This document shows positions 28,267 to 43,319 of a stretch of 64,000 nt of DNA, piece after piece. The position numbers and the translations under genes were made by a program. Position 1 is the first letter of the stretch, and the number at the start of each line of letters is the position of its first letter. The notes beneath the pieces are model-generated. The model made no database searches and was not told where the DNA came from. It was given only the letters and a program-made list of their open reading frames with translations. Source of the DNA: Bugula neritina (taxonomy: Eukaryota; Animalia; Bryozoa); the NCBI GenBank assembly GCA_964035545.1, contig OZ037768.1, forward strand, positions 12,246,741-12,310,740, read 5' to 3'.

Positions 28267-29211
28267 TGGGTAATCTTATCACTACATGATGAATGTTTAA
28301 GATATTCAATATAAGTGGTAAGTCATAAGTTGAGATAAATGTTATCAAATTTATTCTCTCAATTTTTTTTCTAAATTACATGTTGTGCATATCTACAAGT
28401 AATTCACTAAGACCTAAGTCATTAAATTCAATTTTAATTTAAACCCAAGCTTAAATGTCAAACTGAAAATGACGCTAAAAACCAAACTAGTACTAGTAGT
28501 AGGAAGTTTCAGTTTTAAAAAGTGATTTTTAAGACTTAGTCAAAACCTTAAGCTAATAATGTTGATAGATTTTTCCAGCAATAACACTAACAGTAACAAT
28601 CATTAATAATAGTAATACTAATACTGATGGTACTAGTACAGTAGTAGGCTAATAAATACAACTATCAAAATAATTAAATTTAATTAAAGGGTACATTATA
28701 ATTATTATCATAAAATTAATCAGTAAATATTTTAATTTATAATTTATATAAAATACTATTTTATATACTAATACTAATAGTAATAGCAAGGCCAAGAGCC
28801 ATGGCCTATGCCCATGGCCATGGGCTATGATATTCATATTGATAATGATGTTAAAATAAAAATTAGGTGAAGTTCATAATCTCAATCTATTCTTAGCTAA
28901 AATATATTTTTAATTTATATAGGAGCCACACTAAAACGCAAATTAAAATTAGTTAGTTTTCAAGTAGCTCCTGAATAAACAGTTACAAATATTTAGAGTG
29001 ATATTCGAAGTCGGTGAATTGGTAGGTTTCCCTATATTCTGCCATATTGAAATTACGCACGGACATGCTTGACAACCGCCAATCAGAGTCTTCTGTTTAT
29101 CACGGGAAAAGAATAAAGAAATCAATCCGAATCGCGTACAATGACCATAAATAAGCACAGACTATCATTTACAATCGACAAATTGTATGATAGCCCTTTT
29201 ATGATTAAGTG

Positions 29212-30924
29212 CAGGGCTGTCCAACAGGCGGCCCGCGGGCCGGATCCGGCCCTCCAGCTATATTTGTGTGGCCCCCCAAGGTATAGCCAGTTACAAATTT
29301 TTGTTGATCAAATTTGCTAACTAGCCTGAAACAGCAGCACATAGGATAGTTGAGAGCATCCCACTTTGAATTTCTATTAAAATGTAGTTTAAGTTCTTCT
29401 ACAATATTGTTCTGTGGGTGGTATGCGTGTTGCCTACTTGTCATTGTTTAGCCTGAGATCAAACTACAACCAATAACAGCAAGCTAGTCATTATAGTCTG
29501 TTAGCTAGCAAGCCTGTGACTTATAGCAATGTAGACGCCTATAACATTATAATATGCTCATCTCTACGCGTTCACTGAAGTGTGAAGTTATGCACAGTGC
29601 TTACTAGTGAAAAAGAAATATACCATTTCCAGTGTATAAATAAATCCACAATTTATATTAAATCTAAAAGTCATTGCTTTTTTATTCAGATATCATGTTT
29701 TCCTGCTAAGATTGTTTATTGGTACTAAAAAAATCAACTTTTGAGGCAAAGTTAGCCAAAAATGTGCAGTTTTTTTCTATAACTTTGCAAAAGAATAAAC
29801 AAATTCCAAAAAAGTTGCACTGGGAAAAATAAGATTCACAACATAGCTTTTTTCTTTTAATTCTAGTACCCTACAATCAAATGAGATTGTTTTTACTGGT
29901 ACTGAATTTTTACACAGTTACAATGCAAACCTCAGCAAGGCAGTTGCAGCTAAAAAGTTGCCCTTAGCTATCCTGTGCAGACAGATATTTTAAAGACATT
30001 TAATCAGGACTGGCCAAGTATAGAGACAAGACTTTTTTGAAAGTATAACTGAGATCTCATTTTTATTGATTGTATTGTGAAAGATAAGTAATTGAAGAAT
30101 CCCTGACACACTTCACTTATGCAGTACTAAAGTATTATTGTGTATATGTTCGTTTTCATTTACATACTGTCTTAAGGTTAGATGCTTAAACAATTTTGTT
30201 TTATAATGAATTTTGTGCGAGTATGTACTGAAATGATTTGGGAGTTGTAATCATCTTGACCTTTGACCTTTAACTGCTTGTTAGACACTGCACTGAGACA
30301 GCTTGAAGGTTTGAACTTTGAACTTTCAATTTTCAGTCAAATGAGATACACAAAAATAGATACTACACTTCACTCACTAATCAGCACATAGTCCAGCAAC
30401 TAAGGGTTGCATGTTCTGATACGAAACTAGATATTAACAGAATTGTTCAAGGCAAACAGTACTCACTGTGTACTCACAACTGTCTCACTGATGGTTGTAA
30501 AATACAACTATACCGGTATTAGTACAGACTTTTAGCACTGGCGCATCTTGTTTAAATTTGCATGTGCAATCATGAATATATACTTTGTATGTATATATGT
30601 ATAATTTTTTATGCACAAACATAAATGCATATATAATTATTGATTATTTAAGTAATAAAAATGAAATGTTTCTTGTTTACCTATTTTAATTAAATGCATA
30701 TATATGCACATACACACACGTAAGTAATATATATCTATTTAAATATATTATAATTTTAATAAACATGCAAAGCCTAGCCATTGCTTATAATTATAATACA
30801 TATAGCCTGCAGATGTTTAATGAATCTTGAAAATTGATTTTAAAAACAGAAAAATTTTTGTGGCCCTCGGCCCAAGCTAAAACTTGCAGACTGGCCCTCG
30901 GTCTGAAAAGGTTGGACACCCCTG
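29212..30924. mobile_element. Non-autonomous hAT (Charlie-like) DNA transposon, 1713 bp
   Basis: TIRs CAGGGCTGTCCAAC / GTTGGACACCCCTG (13/14 match). Perfect 8-bp TSD ATTAAGTG at 29204-29211 and 30925-30932. GGCCC subterminal repeats (CGGCCCGCGGGCCGGATCCGGCCC). No transposase ORF. Confidence 0.95.
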
Positions 30925-32052
30925 ATTAAGTGCATTAACCATCGGGACACGATTATAATTGTGTGCTTTGCTTACAGAGCGTTTTATGACAAAAGCACAT
31001 TTGGTAGTTAATGCCTGTTGAAAACTAGCATACTTGGTTAAAAGTCCCCATTCCGTTGAGAACCCATGATGATTATCACCATGATATTAAAGGCTTTTTA
31101 GAGAGCGAAGAACTGTACCTCTTATCATGCTGGAAATATTATGGTTTTGAGAGCTTCTGCTTGAAGCACTTCCTAACATCACCAATATGACCTTACCTGG
31201 ATTTAAGCAAGCATAAGTGCTTACTATAGTGCAAGTGCTCAAACCACTGGCACTAGGCAATGACTGCCTCATATACCTTTGATAGCCTATGCCTCATGCA
31301 ATTAATGCTGTGCAAAATAATGTAACGTTATCTGATTATGTTCAAAGTTACTATGCCATCTTATGAAATTTATTTTAACTATTTGCATTCACTTTATGGG
31401 TGCTAACTGTTTATCAACATGTATAATATATTTTTGTACAAACTTGCATTTAAAAACATAATATAGACCCAAAAATAAAAGATAGAACCTATAATTAGTA
31501 TATGTAGCTTTAGCACATAATATTTTTTAAGCTGTTATATTTAGAGAAGTTTAGTGATATACAGTAACCAAATTTATAGAAAAGATGATTCCAGCTATGG
31601 AAGGTAGTGTAGAAACCATATACATGTATTTGATTGCCTATCATAAATATCAACTATTGAAATTATCAGTGTTTATATTATGTTATGGGAGAAGGTAGAA
31701 AGAGTTAAGTTTTCCTTAAACTAATCAGGAAAATCTAGGTAAAAGTTTTAGTGTCATCTAATGATTTTTTGCCTACAATTTTCTGAGAACTCACTAAAAC
31801 ATGTTTGCTCATAACTCATAAGTTTAACAAAACTCTTATCGAGAAAAAAGAAACTTTATTTATACTTTCTGACAGTGGTATATTTAAACTTATTTCTACT
31901 TTTTAAGAACCAACAAATGTAGTGTGTGATGTGATCCAACACACATTGTTTAGGTCATGTGACCATGATGCAAGCATGATCTAATTTTAAGCTCATTTTA
32001 TATAACGTTATTTTTGTGACGATTGCCATTTACAGATAAAAAATCATGAGTA

Positions 32053-33379
32053 GGGGTAACGGGGGCACAACGGTCATAGGGGTACAAAAAGCCGGCCAAA
32101 TTGTCAGAGAACTTATTGACTTAGAGTTGTGATTTTTTTTTCATAAAAAGATATTGACATAATTATTCAGCCTCTGTAGTTTCAACACTTGCGGAACATA
32201 CGTGTTGAAAAGGCGAGTAAAAAACTGTTTTTACCTACTTTTGTAAATTTTTTAGGATGTCGTTGAAGCCTTATAACTTTTTACACTCAAAGGCAAGAAG
32301 CCTAAATTTTACTAATATTGTTGCCATTGCTTGTCTCTACAATGCTTAACTAGTATAACAGCAAACACTGAAATAAATTTTCCTTGAGGCACATTTATTT
32401 TCGATTTGGCCACACGGGGCACAATGGGCCACGCTGACCAGGGCACAATGGGCCACCTGATTATTGCACCCTGATCACTGTTATTAGTTTGTTTGCCCAA
32501 AAAGTTGGCTGAACTGTTACTAAAATTTATAAATATAGCCATTTCTGACCTTTTTGTAAAATATCAAAGACATCATGGTAAGACTACAAAACTACAAGTT
32601 GAAGCTCCCCTAATACATACATCTGATAAGGTTAAAGCTTTGCCATTTTATACATAATACAAAACACTTTGTTGTTGCTACTATAGTAGATAGTCATGAT
32701 AATCATTATATATTACACCATTGAGGGAATATACATGCATTCGACTGAAATAAATTGTGATTTGCTAATTTGCTCCCCCCCCTCTCCTTTCCGTACTCCA
32801 GTCACAAACCTCAGCCATGCATGCACCTTAGCTACAGTTCATTGAAAAAAGTTCACTCAGAATTTTTTAGTACATTTTAGTAAATTTTTTTTAATAAACG
32901 TTGCTCTGAAGTGAAAATAACAAAACATTTTTAGTTTTAAACAATAATGATAATGGCACTGCAGAACTGAGTGACGTGCGTTTGATTTTGCCTTCCTCTG
33001 CTATCCGTAGTGGCACAAACTGTACAGCTAAAACATGAATTTTGCTGTAAATCTGAAAGAGTATCTTTATTTATTTGTATTATTAAATAAATAAAGATCA
33101 GATATAACAAAATACGCAAAATTTCAATATATTTGTTGTGTCCCACCCAGTGGCCCATTGTACCCCGGTACCGGGGCACAATGGGCCAATTTTTTCGTCA
33201 TGAAAATTTCATTATTCTGAAAGTCGTGAAAGAGATAGAAACAACAAACTGGTACCTGTAATAGACAACAGGTGTAGCATTAGGACTAGAGATCATTGAA
33301 CTAGTAACTTGAAAAACAGACGAATGAGAGCAACAAATGCAAAATTCGGCCCGTTGTGCCCCCCCCCCCCCGTTACCCC
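32053..33379. mobile_element. Non-autonomous TA-flanked TIR element (probably Tc1/mariner-pogo type), 1327 bp
   Basis: ta|GGGGTAACGGGGGCACAACGG ... CCGTTGTGC(C)nGTTACCCC|ta. TIR-like motifs GGGCACAATGGGCCA recur internally at about 32416, 32441 and 33173, and inverted at about 33150. Confidence 0.85.
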
Positions 33380-35078
33380 TATTAACAGTGTAAACTTTGA
33401 AGAATAATTTAATTTAAAGCATGGCTTTGAAGTGGTTGAACTATTGATTTTTCCAATAAAGTTGTCATCCTGTTTTCCTACATTGAACTACCTGGATTGA
33501 AATTTTATTAAGGGTTAAATACATTATGCAATTAAGTTATAATTTAAGTTTCTGCCCTATTGCTGTGCAATAATTAACTTTTTACACATTATAAATGGTG
33601 GCTAATGGTATGCTGACCTAGCAATTGAGGTTTACCTTATTAGGAGTATCATTATAGAGGCTAACCAGGATTTAAATTTGGCTGCCAATAATTATATATT
33701 AAGAAGCCAAGGGTGGACAAACTCTTGTTCTATAACTACACACTAGACTCTAGAGCCACAGCAACAAAACGAAAATTTCAAGTCTGCATCTGAACTGTAG
33801 ACAAAACCATAAAGGAACTGAATGATGCAAATTAAAATTTAGGAATGGCAAATACAGAGAATATTAAAAAGATGCAGATGCTGCTTGTGGCAAGGGCTAA
33901 ATTTTAATGGACATGTGAAGTTGTCTGTCTTCAAGCTGGGAGACCAACTCCAAGCTGGCAATTAATTCATAAAAACAGTAGCACAAATCTGACACATGAC
34001 TATTAGGTATTTAATACAAACCACACTGTGCAAGTCATGATATATGATAGTCATAAACATAACTTAATTGCCTTTTTAGCAATAGTAGCAACAGATTTTT
34101 TCCAAGGCACATTATACATTACATGCTATAAAATAGAACTTTCCAAATACATCCTTGCAGAAGTTAAAACTTCATGTAAGTCAACACTCGGCATGTATTT
34201 TCGAAAAAAAAGAATAATTCTGAAAGGTTAGCAAATAATAAATCTCATTTTATGCAAGTGATTCAGGTTTGAAAATAAACAGTTCTATATGTCCTAACAA
34301 AAATAAACTAGCGAACGCTGCTAAGAATGGCTATTTTGAAACTAAATTCAGTCTCGTGACCTGATGAGGGCTCAACTGCAAACATATGTAAATGCTACAA
34401 TATTTACATTCTCGCACTGTGACCCATCTATTTGACCTGGAAAGGTGATAAACTGCTTATTATTCTTAAAAATGGTCAAAGAACTCTGCACCCAAAGAAC
34501 CCAACAACGTATCTAAAGAAAGATCTATAAGAGAGTGGTAAATATTTCAAGCTATGCAAAGAAATAAGTTGGAAAACAAAGCTGCTTTTGAGAAAATTAC
34601 CAAAGTTGCCAATGAGATTAGCTGCATTGATGTAGTTACTTGTGTTTCTATTTTTGAGAGAAATTTTTATAACTGAGAAACTATATTTAGAAAAATAGAA
34701 ACAAATATTAAAGAGTTGAAATTCTTTCATTCATAAAAATATGGTATCCACAATTGTGTTACAGTGTAAAATGTATATTTAGAGACTTTGCAAGAAAAAG
34801 CTTACATATAATACAAGGATATTGACTGCATTTAAAAATTATAGAAAAACATATACAAATATTCAAAAATATGGTAAAATAAATATAAAAATTGCACTGT
34901 TTCAAGTATATTGCATCATGTAGTAATTCTTACTATGCTAAATGTCTGACTGTAGTAAGTCACAAGCGCCAAAAAGCATCTATAAATGTATCCTCATTAT
35001 ACAAGACAAAGAATGCATCAGAAGTTACTTAAAAGCTTTGGAATTTATGTTGCCATGCTGGTATTTTCACTCCAAAAA

Positions 35079-38000
35079 CTAATATTCTGTTTGATGTTCA
35101 CTGCCCAACTTATCAAGATTAAAGATAGCCATGTTCATTGATTTGGAGCCCTCGGTTAAGGCGGCCTGCAAACCGTCCCACAAATCCTCGTTAGACATGT
35201 TACTCAAATCAGTCACTTGTTTACGGGTTGCCTCATCCGTTAGTTTTAAAGTTTCTTGTAGTTGCTCGGGAATAAATCCTACATCTGATCCATTCTCATG
35301 ACGAGAACGAAGTAACTGCTGAATAGTTCTACAGAATTATAGTTCAACAATTACACTACACATCCCACTAATTCACAATTATCTATTAAAATAATAAAAT
35401 GGCAACAATAATAATATTAGGTAAGAAGCATAGTCAATATTTTAAAGAATTCATAAAGTTTTCAAGATGTTATTTACTCTGCTACAAAATGAGGGTTGAT
35501 GCAACTGAATATCTCATAGTTGATAGTATCAACTAACTCATAGCTGATAGTATCAACTAACTCATAGCTGATAGTATTGAACTTTAGCAAACAGTAGGAC
35601 AACTACTGAAGTCAAACAAAATCAAGAGACTGCATGTTCCGACATAATATATATTCAAACAAAATATAGTTAAACTAAGATGTTATAATATTTTAGTCAT
35701 TCTTGTTCACAACCTGTGAAATAGAGTTTTATAGACAGAATGTTCTGTCGCATGATATGAAGAGAAAACCACCTGCAAAGCAGCTGAAATACTTACTTTA
35801 CTTTGACGTGATTTTTTAAGGCTTTAACACATTGCACTCTAATGTCTTTGCTTTGCCTAATCAAATCATCTTTTCGTACTTTTTCAGCTAACAAGTAATT
35901 TTCTGTCAGAGATCTGATGTTCTTCTCCTGCTCTAGTTCTTTGTGATAATGGTGAAGTTGGGTGTAAGTCTGAAAAGAGATTTACATCTATATAATATAC
36001 GATAATATACATAATATATGATAATGATTATAATAATGACAATATTGATAAATTACGTTAGGAAAATACACAAAAATCCCTGCAAACTGGTTTTTTTAGC
36101 ACAAAACCCTCATAAGTTTCAACTAAATCAACCACAATACAGATCAAGAGCATTATTCTCGAAAGTTTGTTGTATAATAATAGTAAAAGAATAACACAAA
36201 GCTCTTTATACCTCATATAGGTCAAAAATATTTCAAGCATATTGCTATAATGTTATGACCTAGAAACCAGATCTATCAGAATTTTAGCAACATGATTGGT
36301 TATTGAGTGAACAGCAAGAAAAAAAAATAGAATTAACATGCAACTTTTTTCTATTCTCAGGAAATCACAAAAAAACTTTAATTTAACCAATCTGGTTCGA
36401 TCTAATTGGCGATGATTTCACTGAGACTACAGGTGACTTAATTAATACTTCATTTGACTTTGATTGAGTAAACTTAATTGATTGAGACTTTACCTGACTC
36501 AACTGCCATGTTTTTTCTTTCAAATCTTGTTGAAGGGATTCTAACTGAGTGGCTAATGAAGCATCATTATTCCCTATGTTGTTAGCAGGCGTGTTATTCT
36601 CCTTATGCCAGCTAGCTATTGCATTCGTAATCTTACGACGAGGTCCAAACTTATCCAGACCTATTTCTTTGAGATCTTCTGCAGTGAGTGTGAGAAACAC
36701 CTACATATAAAAACATTACAGACTAAAGATGATCTGCTTTACCTTGTTAAACTCACTTCTGTCTAGGACTAAAATCTTTTGATTTGAAGATTGAAAAATT
36801 AAACACTGAGAAGAAACTGGCTAATTTTCGAGATTGAAAAAAGTCAAAAGAAAATTTTTAGATATATTTTTGAACGCTTAGCGTGGGGCCACACGACGTG
36901 AATTTCCCACACGAACCACATGCAGAAAATTCGTCTAGGCTAAAAATGGGCTGTTGTGTGCGGATTCCATGCGAATAACATGCTGAGCTGGCAGTGCGGA
37001 GAGCTTGTGCGGGTTTGATCTAATTAGCTGGTTGTCACTAGCGAGTACACTTTTTGTGTTTTAATACGCAATTAAATTTTTAGTGAACTAAATCAAAACA
37101 TATTCCTATAGTTTGCATTTTCCGCTTTTATAATATCTAAAGTCACTTTATCGAGGATGTAGATTTAAAAACAAACGCTTGTAGGCGAGCAGTAAAGTTT
37201 AATGCCAATATCATTAACTAACAAATTTCCGCACCTGCAGCCAACGCACTGAGTGTGGCAGATCGTTCCCACATTTGGAGCCGCATGAGAGAAATCCGCA
37301 CCGTGTGGCCTTACGCTGGTCTTAAATTTTGAAGTCATTTGCAAAAATGTGGTATATGAATAATATACAATCAACCAAAAACTTGAGAACTATATGCATA
37401 TAATAGACAAAACTATATAACTATATGAATGTACCCAAATATAAACAAACACGTTACATTTTTATAACATAACACGATAAAACATTGTAATGTCCAACTA
37501 CCCCATACCTCAATATCTATGTCATTTTCTATGAATTTGTTCTCATAGTGACTTAAACCTAGTGGCTGAAGTATTTCAAGAATGTTGGTTGGTCTGCTAG
37601 ACGCTATCTTTGGTGTAGGAGATACTTGCATTCCCCTAGCACCGCCTGCAGCTTGCTGGGGGCCTTTTGGCACTGATCCAAAACATTTCCGTTGAGCGGG
37701 AGACTTGGCTTCTTCACTGTTTTCAACATTCAGGCCTCGGAGATTCGAGCTCACACCATCTTCAACTGCCACAAATTGTTTGGTCAGTATACATTATATA
37801 TAAGTGTCCTGCTAATATGAATTTGTTGAGCTAACAAAATAAGAACATAGAATTACTTTTATCACCTAATTGTTGAGTCAAAATGTACTACCTTGATGAG
37901 AGTGGTGCTGAGATTTCCTTCTATGAGTATCAGTTTGTATTGATACTGGCTCTTTAAAAGTAACGCAGCTTTTCTGGGCTACAAACACATTTCTATGCTA

Positions 38001-40335
38001 CAGCAACATGGTCTTAGTTGCTTGAACAAACAATGTATTGAATTTGTCACTTTATCGAACATTAGTTCTGTAATTATACTCACAGTGTGGTTTCATCATG
38101 GATAAAGCTTCAGGTCCAGCATTAATATTAAGCTTTTTGCTGCGCTGGTGTCTTCCCCTCCCTAATGTAGTGTTTTCATCTGAACTGCTGTCATCTAGAA
38201 TGAATTTACAAATAACCTAACTGGCTGTCTTTCATTATTTAATGACATATAAAGCTCAAAATTAAGAACAATTTGTATCTCAAATCAAAATACATAATAC
38301 TTTATTCAGACAGAAATTTTTCAGTTATGCAAAACCACAAACCAATAATATAGTTTATATTCTTTTAATCATCAGCATGCTGAGCTATCTTATTTTACTA
38401 TGCAAGTACACTGCTACCAACACCTCTGAACATATATAATTATCATCCGGTCTCAACTAAATTAAGAATATCTATAAGTTTACAAATTTGACCATCATGT
38501 GTAAAATTACATACCGTGGTGAGACGAAGCTGACCTGGATGACACCTGGGATAACGCTTTGTTATCTACTAAACTCACTATTTTTATAAAGTTTTTTCTC
38601 ATAGCTAGTGACCTGGCAGTATCGCCAATCCTGCTAGTCTTGTCTACATCTGCACCCTGAAACAGAGATGAAAATCCTTCCATCTTCAGTGAGCACAAGA
38701 TCAGCATAAGGTTGTTTCATGGTAGCTTAAATCACAACTACAAAACTAAATTGCATGTAAAATGCAGAAAAAGTGTTATAATATAAATAATTTACCTGTT
38801 GCAGCAAACACTGGGCTATTATTTCATGGCCGTGATATGCAGCTTGCATCAGAGGGGTGAACCCATATTTTGGCTCTCTGTAATAACATAAAATATTGCA
38901 CTGAATGAGACATTACACACTTAGCTTTATATTTACACTACTGATCGACAACTCTCCACTTGTTGAGTCATAAAGTCTTTTTCACCAGTTTAAACTTTCA
39001 GAAACGACTAAATCTTTAATTTACTACATTTTCTTTTTTACGTTATTCCATTAGAATTGCCTATAGGTTATAGGGAAGCCCAGAAAAATGTTCTGTTGTC
39101 AATTGTTTAAACTTTAAACTAAACTTACACGGCATTAATATTTGCTCCTTTGTCAAGAAGAAATTTCACTAGATTCTGGTGTCCATTGAATGTAGCATGA
39201 AACAGGGCAGTCCAGCCTTTTTTATCTCTAGCCTCAAGGTCTGCACCAGCCTAAACACACCAATGCGGTACACAGAGGGACCTGGCAGAGCCATATTGAA
39301 TAGCTTAAATAAATGTGATTAAGATAACTGCTAATTAATTGATTGTATTAACTTAAAGTTACCAGAAAAACTAATAATATCTAACAGAAGCAATTACTTG
39401 TATTTAATTGATCATTATATTACATATGCACATTAATTAGTAAAACTCCGTCCAATCACAGTTTATTATTTAATAGAAGCAATCAGGTGGATAAATAACT
39501 TAGCAGGTGAACAATTAACCTTGCAACAGTTCAATATTGCAAAAACATGGAGGTATTTAAAACAAGCTTTAGCCCGCAATTCAATAACCTAGACATTGCA
39601 AGACAATAATATACATGACCACAACAATATTATGTTGATAATTTAGTCTTACATCCTTGAGAAAGTCACAGACACTCTCATTTCCACAACTTGCAGCCAA
39701 CATCAACGGTGTGTGGCCTTTATCATTTGATAAATTGACATCTACTTGAGCATCTATCAGCATATTGACTATATTGTCATGTCCGATGTATGCAGCGTAC
39801 ATTAGAGGAGTGTATCCACCACTATTCTTAGCATTTAGGTCTTCTTCACTACAAAATGGCCACATAAAATACTATGTTTTGCTTATGCATTTAAACTAAT
39901 GGCAAAAACATATCTTGAGAACAATACTTACATCAAGTAATACTGAGATGCTTTATGCCAATTTGAGAGCGAAATGTATGAAATACATAATATAGGCTCA
40001 ATATGAGCAAGATTATAAAATAAAAGCCTCATCAAAATCAATAACATACTTAAGGCTCTGGGCAGAACCGAGATAAAATTTAGAAAAGTAACACGTTTAC
40101 TAGATGCAAAGACATTGTTGGGCTCTAAAAGAACCTACCTATTGATAAACATTCTAACCACATCAAAGTTACCGATGCTACATGCTGTGTGCAAGTCTAA
40201 AGGTATTGTCTCATATTCTCCTTCAAGCGAAGACCTTGGTCCTCTCCAAATAGATAAACTACTATTGAAGAAATCAGAATCACCGGAGTCGTCAGATCCC
40301 GCTGCAGCAATTTGGGCTGTAGTAACTCCATTCAT
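35079..40335 (-). CDS. ANKS3: Ankyrin repeat and SAM domain-containing protein 3
   Basis: Exons 40139-40335, 39653-39848, 39129-39250, 38796-38877, 38515-38656, 38084-38194, 37892-37978, 37509-37765, 36494-36700, 35797-35969, 35079-35328. Motifs NSSLSIW, PLDLHTACSIG, GGYTPLMYAAYIGHDNIV, TPLMLAASCGNES, GWTALFHA and EPKYGFTPLM; SAM domain (LGLSHYENKFIENDIDIEVFLTLTAEDLKEIGLDKFGPRRKI); C-terminal coiled coil. An in-frame upstream ATG at 40353 is an alternative start. Confidence 0.92.
35513..35578. repeat. 24-bp tandem repeat, about 3 copies, with an internal palindrome
   Basis: CTCATAG(T/C)TGATAGTATCAACTAA repeated. Confidence 0.8.
36880..37317. mobile_element. Approximately 440-bp MITE, possibly PIF/Harbinger-like, in an ANKS3 intron
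   Basis: Left end AGCGTGGGGCCACACG; reverse complement of right end AGCGTAAGGCCACACG. No clean TSD is preserved. Confidence 0.6.
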
Positions 40336-41699
40336 CCTCACTATTTTCAACATATAATTCAATTAGTTGTCTGATTGTAACTTGAGTAGGCCAATAAAAA
40401 ACTTATTAGTTTGCATAAAACACTTTATTGCAGTATCTTTTAATTTTTCGGTCAATACAGGATAAGGGTCATAATGAGTAACTCTAAATATGATGTATTA
40501 ACATTAGAATTGGCGTTGTTATTGGCATATTTATTTAAAAATGAAAAACAAATTACAACCATTAGCTAAAGCTGAAATTCTAAAGGTAAATCAGTAGTAC
40601 TAGTACCTACAGCAACAAAACATATCATCCTAGATAGCATACAAGTTTACACTTCATCTCTACTCAACGGCCATGTTGTAATAATATAACCAACAGTTTA
40701 TTAGACTTGATTATAAACCGATTAAGAATAAAAGAAATATCTGTGGTGTGTATGGAAATACTAAAACCAATAATAAGCTGATGGCTCATTAACTTTCTCA
40801 TTTTGTGTTTGTTAAGTACTCATATTACCAACCCAACTGCAAATTACTAGCAATAACATATTCACACAAATCAATGATCACCATTCATACTAAAATTGAC
40901 TTTTGTCTCTCAGTAAATGTGGCAGTAACAGTTATGATGAGTTTTACTATGATAGTCACTATAATTTAGCCAACAACTATTTGTGACCTCCACAAACAGG
41001 TGACAATCACAGTCACTGCCATGACCATGAGTCTGTTTTCATGGGTGGTTTAGTTATGACTATGATTGAAATATTCAGTCAGTTAGTTTTACCAGCTCTT
41101 TATTAGCTCTTTAGTCATCATATATACGTACAGTAAATGTTGATAGTCCAAAAATTAATCATATTCACTATTATGTGATAAAGACTGTTATTGAATTGAT
41201 GGCATATCATAACATATTCACCATTGCCACTACCATTGTAGTTGAAATCGTAATTCCAGGGCTAATACTCATGACTATTAGGTCTAATAATTATAGCAAG
41301 GTTAAGTAACATTTGGTACATTAATTATAACCAAGCAGACACTAAATAGTTACATATGATTTAAATTTAGCTTACTCCTAACCCAAAAAATATATATTTA
41401 GTAGAGAAGGGTTGGTTGTTACTCCAACATTAGTTTACCTTGTATTTTAATTAAAAGTATAGTTTCAAGATTGAGCTTTGCATGAACCAAATTATAAAAA
41501 AGCTAACTCAAATAAAAATATCCATACTTATAGTTGCTACTATAACAAAATTAACTATTTAATTTTATTTAGCATTTACTTTGATAGTTATGATTATCCC
41601 ATATTAGTAGGCCTAATACTGGTTGTATTGAAAATAAGAAAATAAAAATATTAATAAATTGATTATTATTATCATCATCATGATATTCATATTGCTTAC

Positions 41700-42420
41700 C
41701 ATTAGTATCAGTATCACTTAATTATAAATTAAAAATACTATACTTTATAGTTTAGAGCAACAATTGTTTATAAATATAATATAATTATATAATATATTAA
41801 CATTTAAATAAAAGTTTAAACAGTACTAGTATTACTAGTCTACTAAAACTAAAAGTAAATGATAATATTATAAATAATATTAATAATACTAATAGTAATA
41901 CTAATAGAAACACTAATTGTATTGCTATTAGTATTAGTATTACTATCAAGTATTACTATTACTAGTAGTATTAGTATTACTACTAGTTATACTTCATGAT
42001 TATTTATAGGTATACTTATAAATTAAATCACATTAAGTAATGTTAATACTTATAGTTATAGTAATACTAATACTAATAGTAATAGCTATATTTCTAGACT
42101 TAATCACTATCATTATGACTATCAGACATCAGTATCACTATCACTATGACATTGACTATGACAATCATCATGGTAATACTGTTAGTATTAGATTTAGTAA
42201 TAGTAATGACTAATGGTTAATTTAAATTTAAAAATAAATTAGTTAATGTTATACTTATAGTTATAGACTAAGAGTAAGAGTAAGACTTATACTTATAGTT
42301 AATGTTATACTTATAGTCATTAGGAAAGCTATAGTTACACTTACACTGCTACAGTAATACCAATTGATTAATATTATCAATAGTAAATGTAATAGACATA
42401 GTCATAGTGATAGTAAATGC
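41700..42420. repeat. AT-rich low-complexity tract (TAG/TAA/CAT-type degenerate microsatellites)
   Basis: Runs such as agtattagtattactatc, aatactaatagtaat and atacttatagtt. Confidence 0.7.
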
Positions 42421-43319
42421 TCAAAATTTACAGAAAAGTCAAAAGCCAAGGACTGAAAGTGAAGGACTAGGACTCTAGAGTCTACTGTCTAGTCTCTAGG
42501 AGTGGACCAAGTCTAAGAGCAACTGCAAGGCAAAGCAGACTACCATAACCATTAATACTGAGTAATTTACTGTAATTTACTAAACTAGTGAATTCAAATT
42601 TAATAGTTTTATTCTAAAAGTAAAAGAGTTCTAAGATGAGGCTTTTAGACTGACTTGATTTGGATAATCGTTCTGCAGTAAGTGTATTAATTCTTCCTTA
42701 CGGCATCGACTCATGGAATCGCTAGAAAGAGCACTAAGTTAGGGGTGACGGAGTGCAAAGTTTGTATAGATTGTCGTCCGAAATGCAAACTCGAGACCTC
42801 CAGAACCACTGCACTCAGTGACCACTAACTTGGTGCTGTTGCATGCAATTTCCCTCGAGTCAATTTATAGTCATAATCTACTGCGTTAACATTGTGCTGG
42901 TGTACGCCGTACGGTAACAGCATTGTAAAGTCAATTATTGTCGCCGAAGAATTGAACATTTGCTTTAGATTTAAGGCAACATGCAAAAGCGGAAACACAG
43001 CCCACTTAAATATCACTCCAAAATTTAACGTCTCGGGCCGTATTATCCAATAAACTCAATTATATTATGGTCTTTTCCAGTTCAGTGGTATTATCTTCTA
43101 GAACTAATCTGTGAAAGACTTCTGCGCTTAATTAAGAAACTTCAAACTATCTGCGTGTCAATTTTTCAATGCCATGAAATTAATAGCATCGGCACATACT
43201 TCTGCAATTCCATCTTCGGAGTTAAAGTTTTTTTGTATTGACCATACCTATTAGTTAGACTTCAGAGCTTAGAAGATAGTCGTAATATTAGTGGTAGTTA
43301 GCATAATTATTTTGGTAAG

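Noticed and set aside
42825-43016. 63-aa minus-strand ORF in the CpG-richer intergenic patch
   Set aside because: Non-ATG start and no motifs; more likely promoter or 5' UTR sequence.
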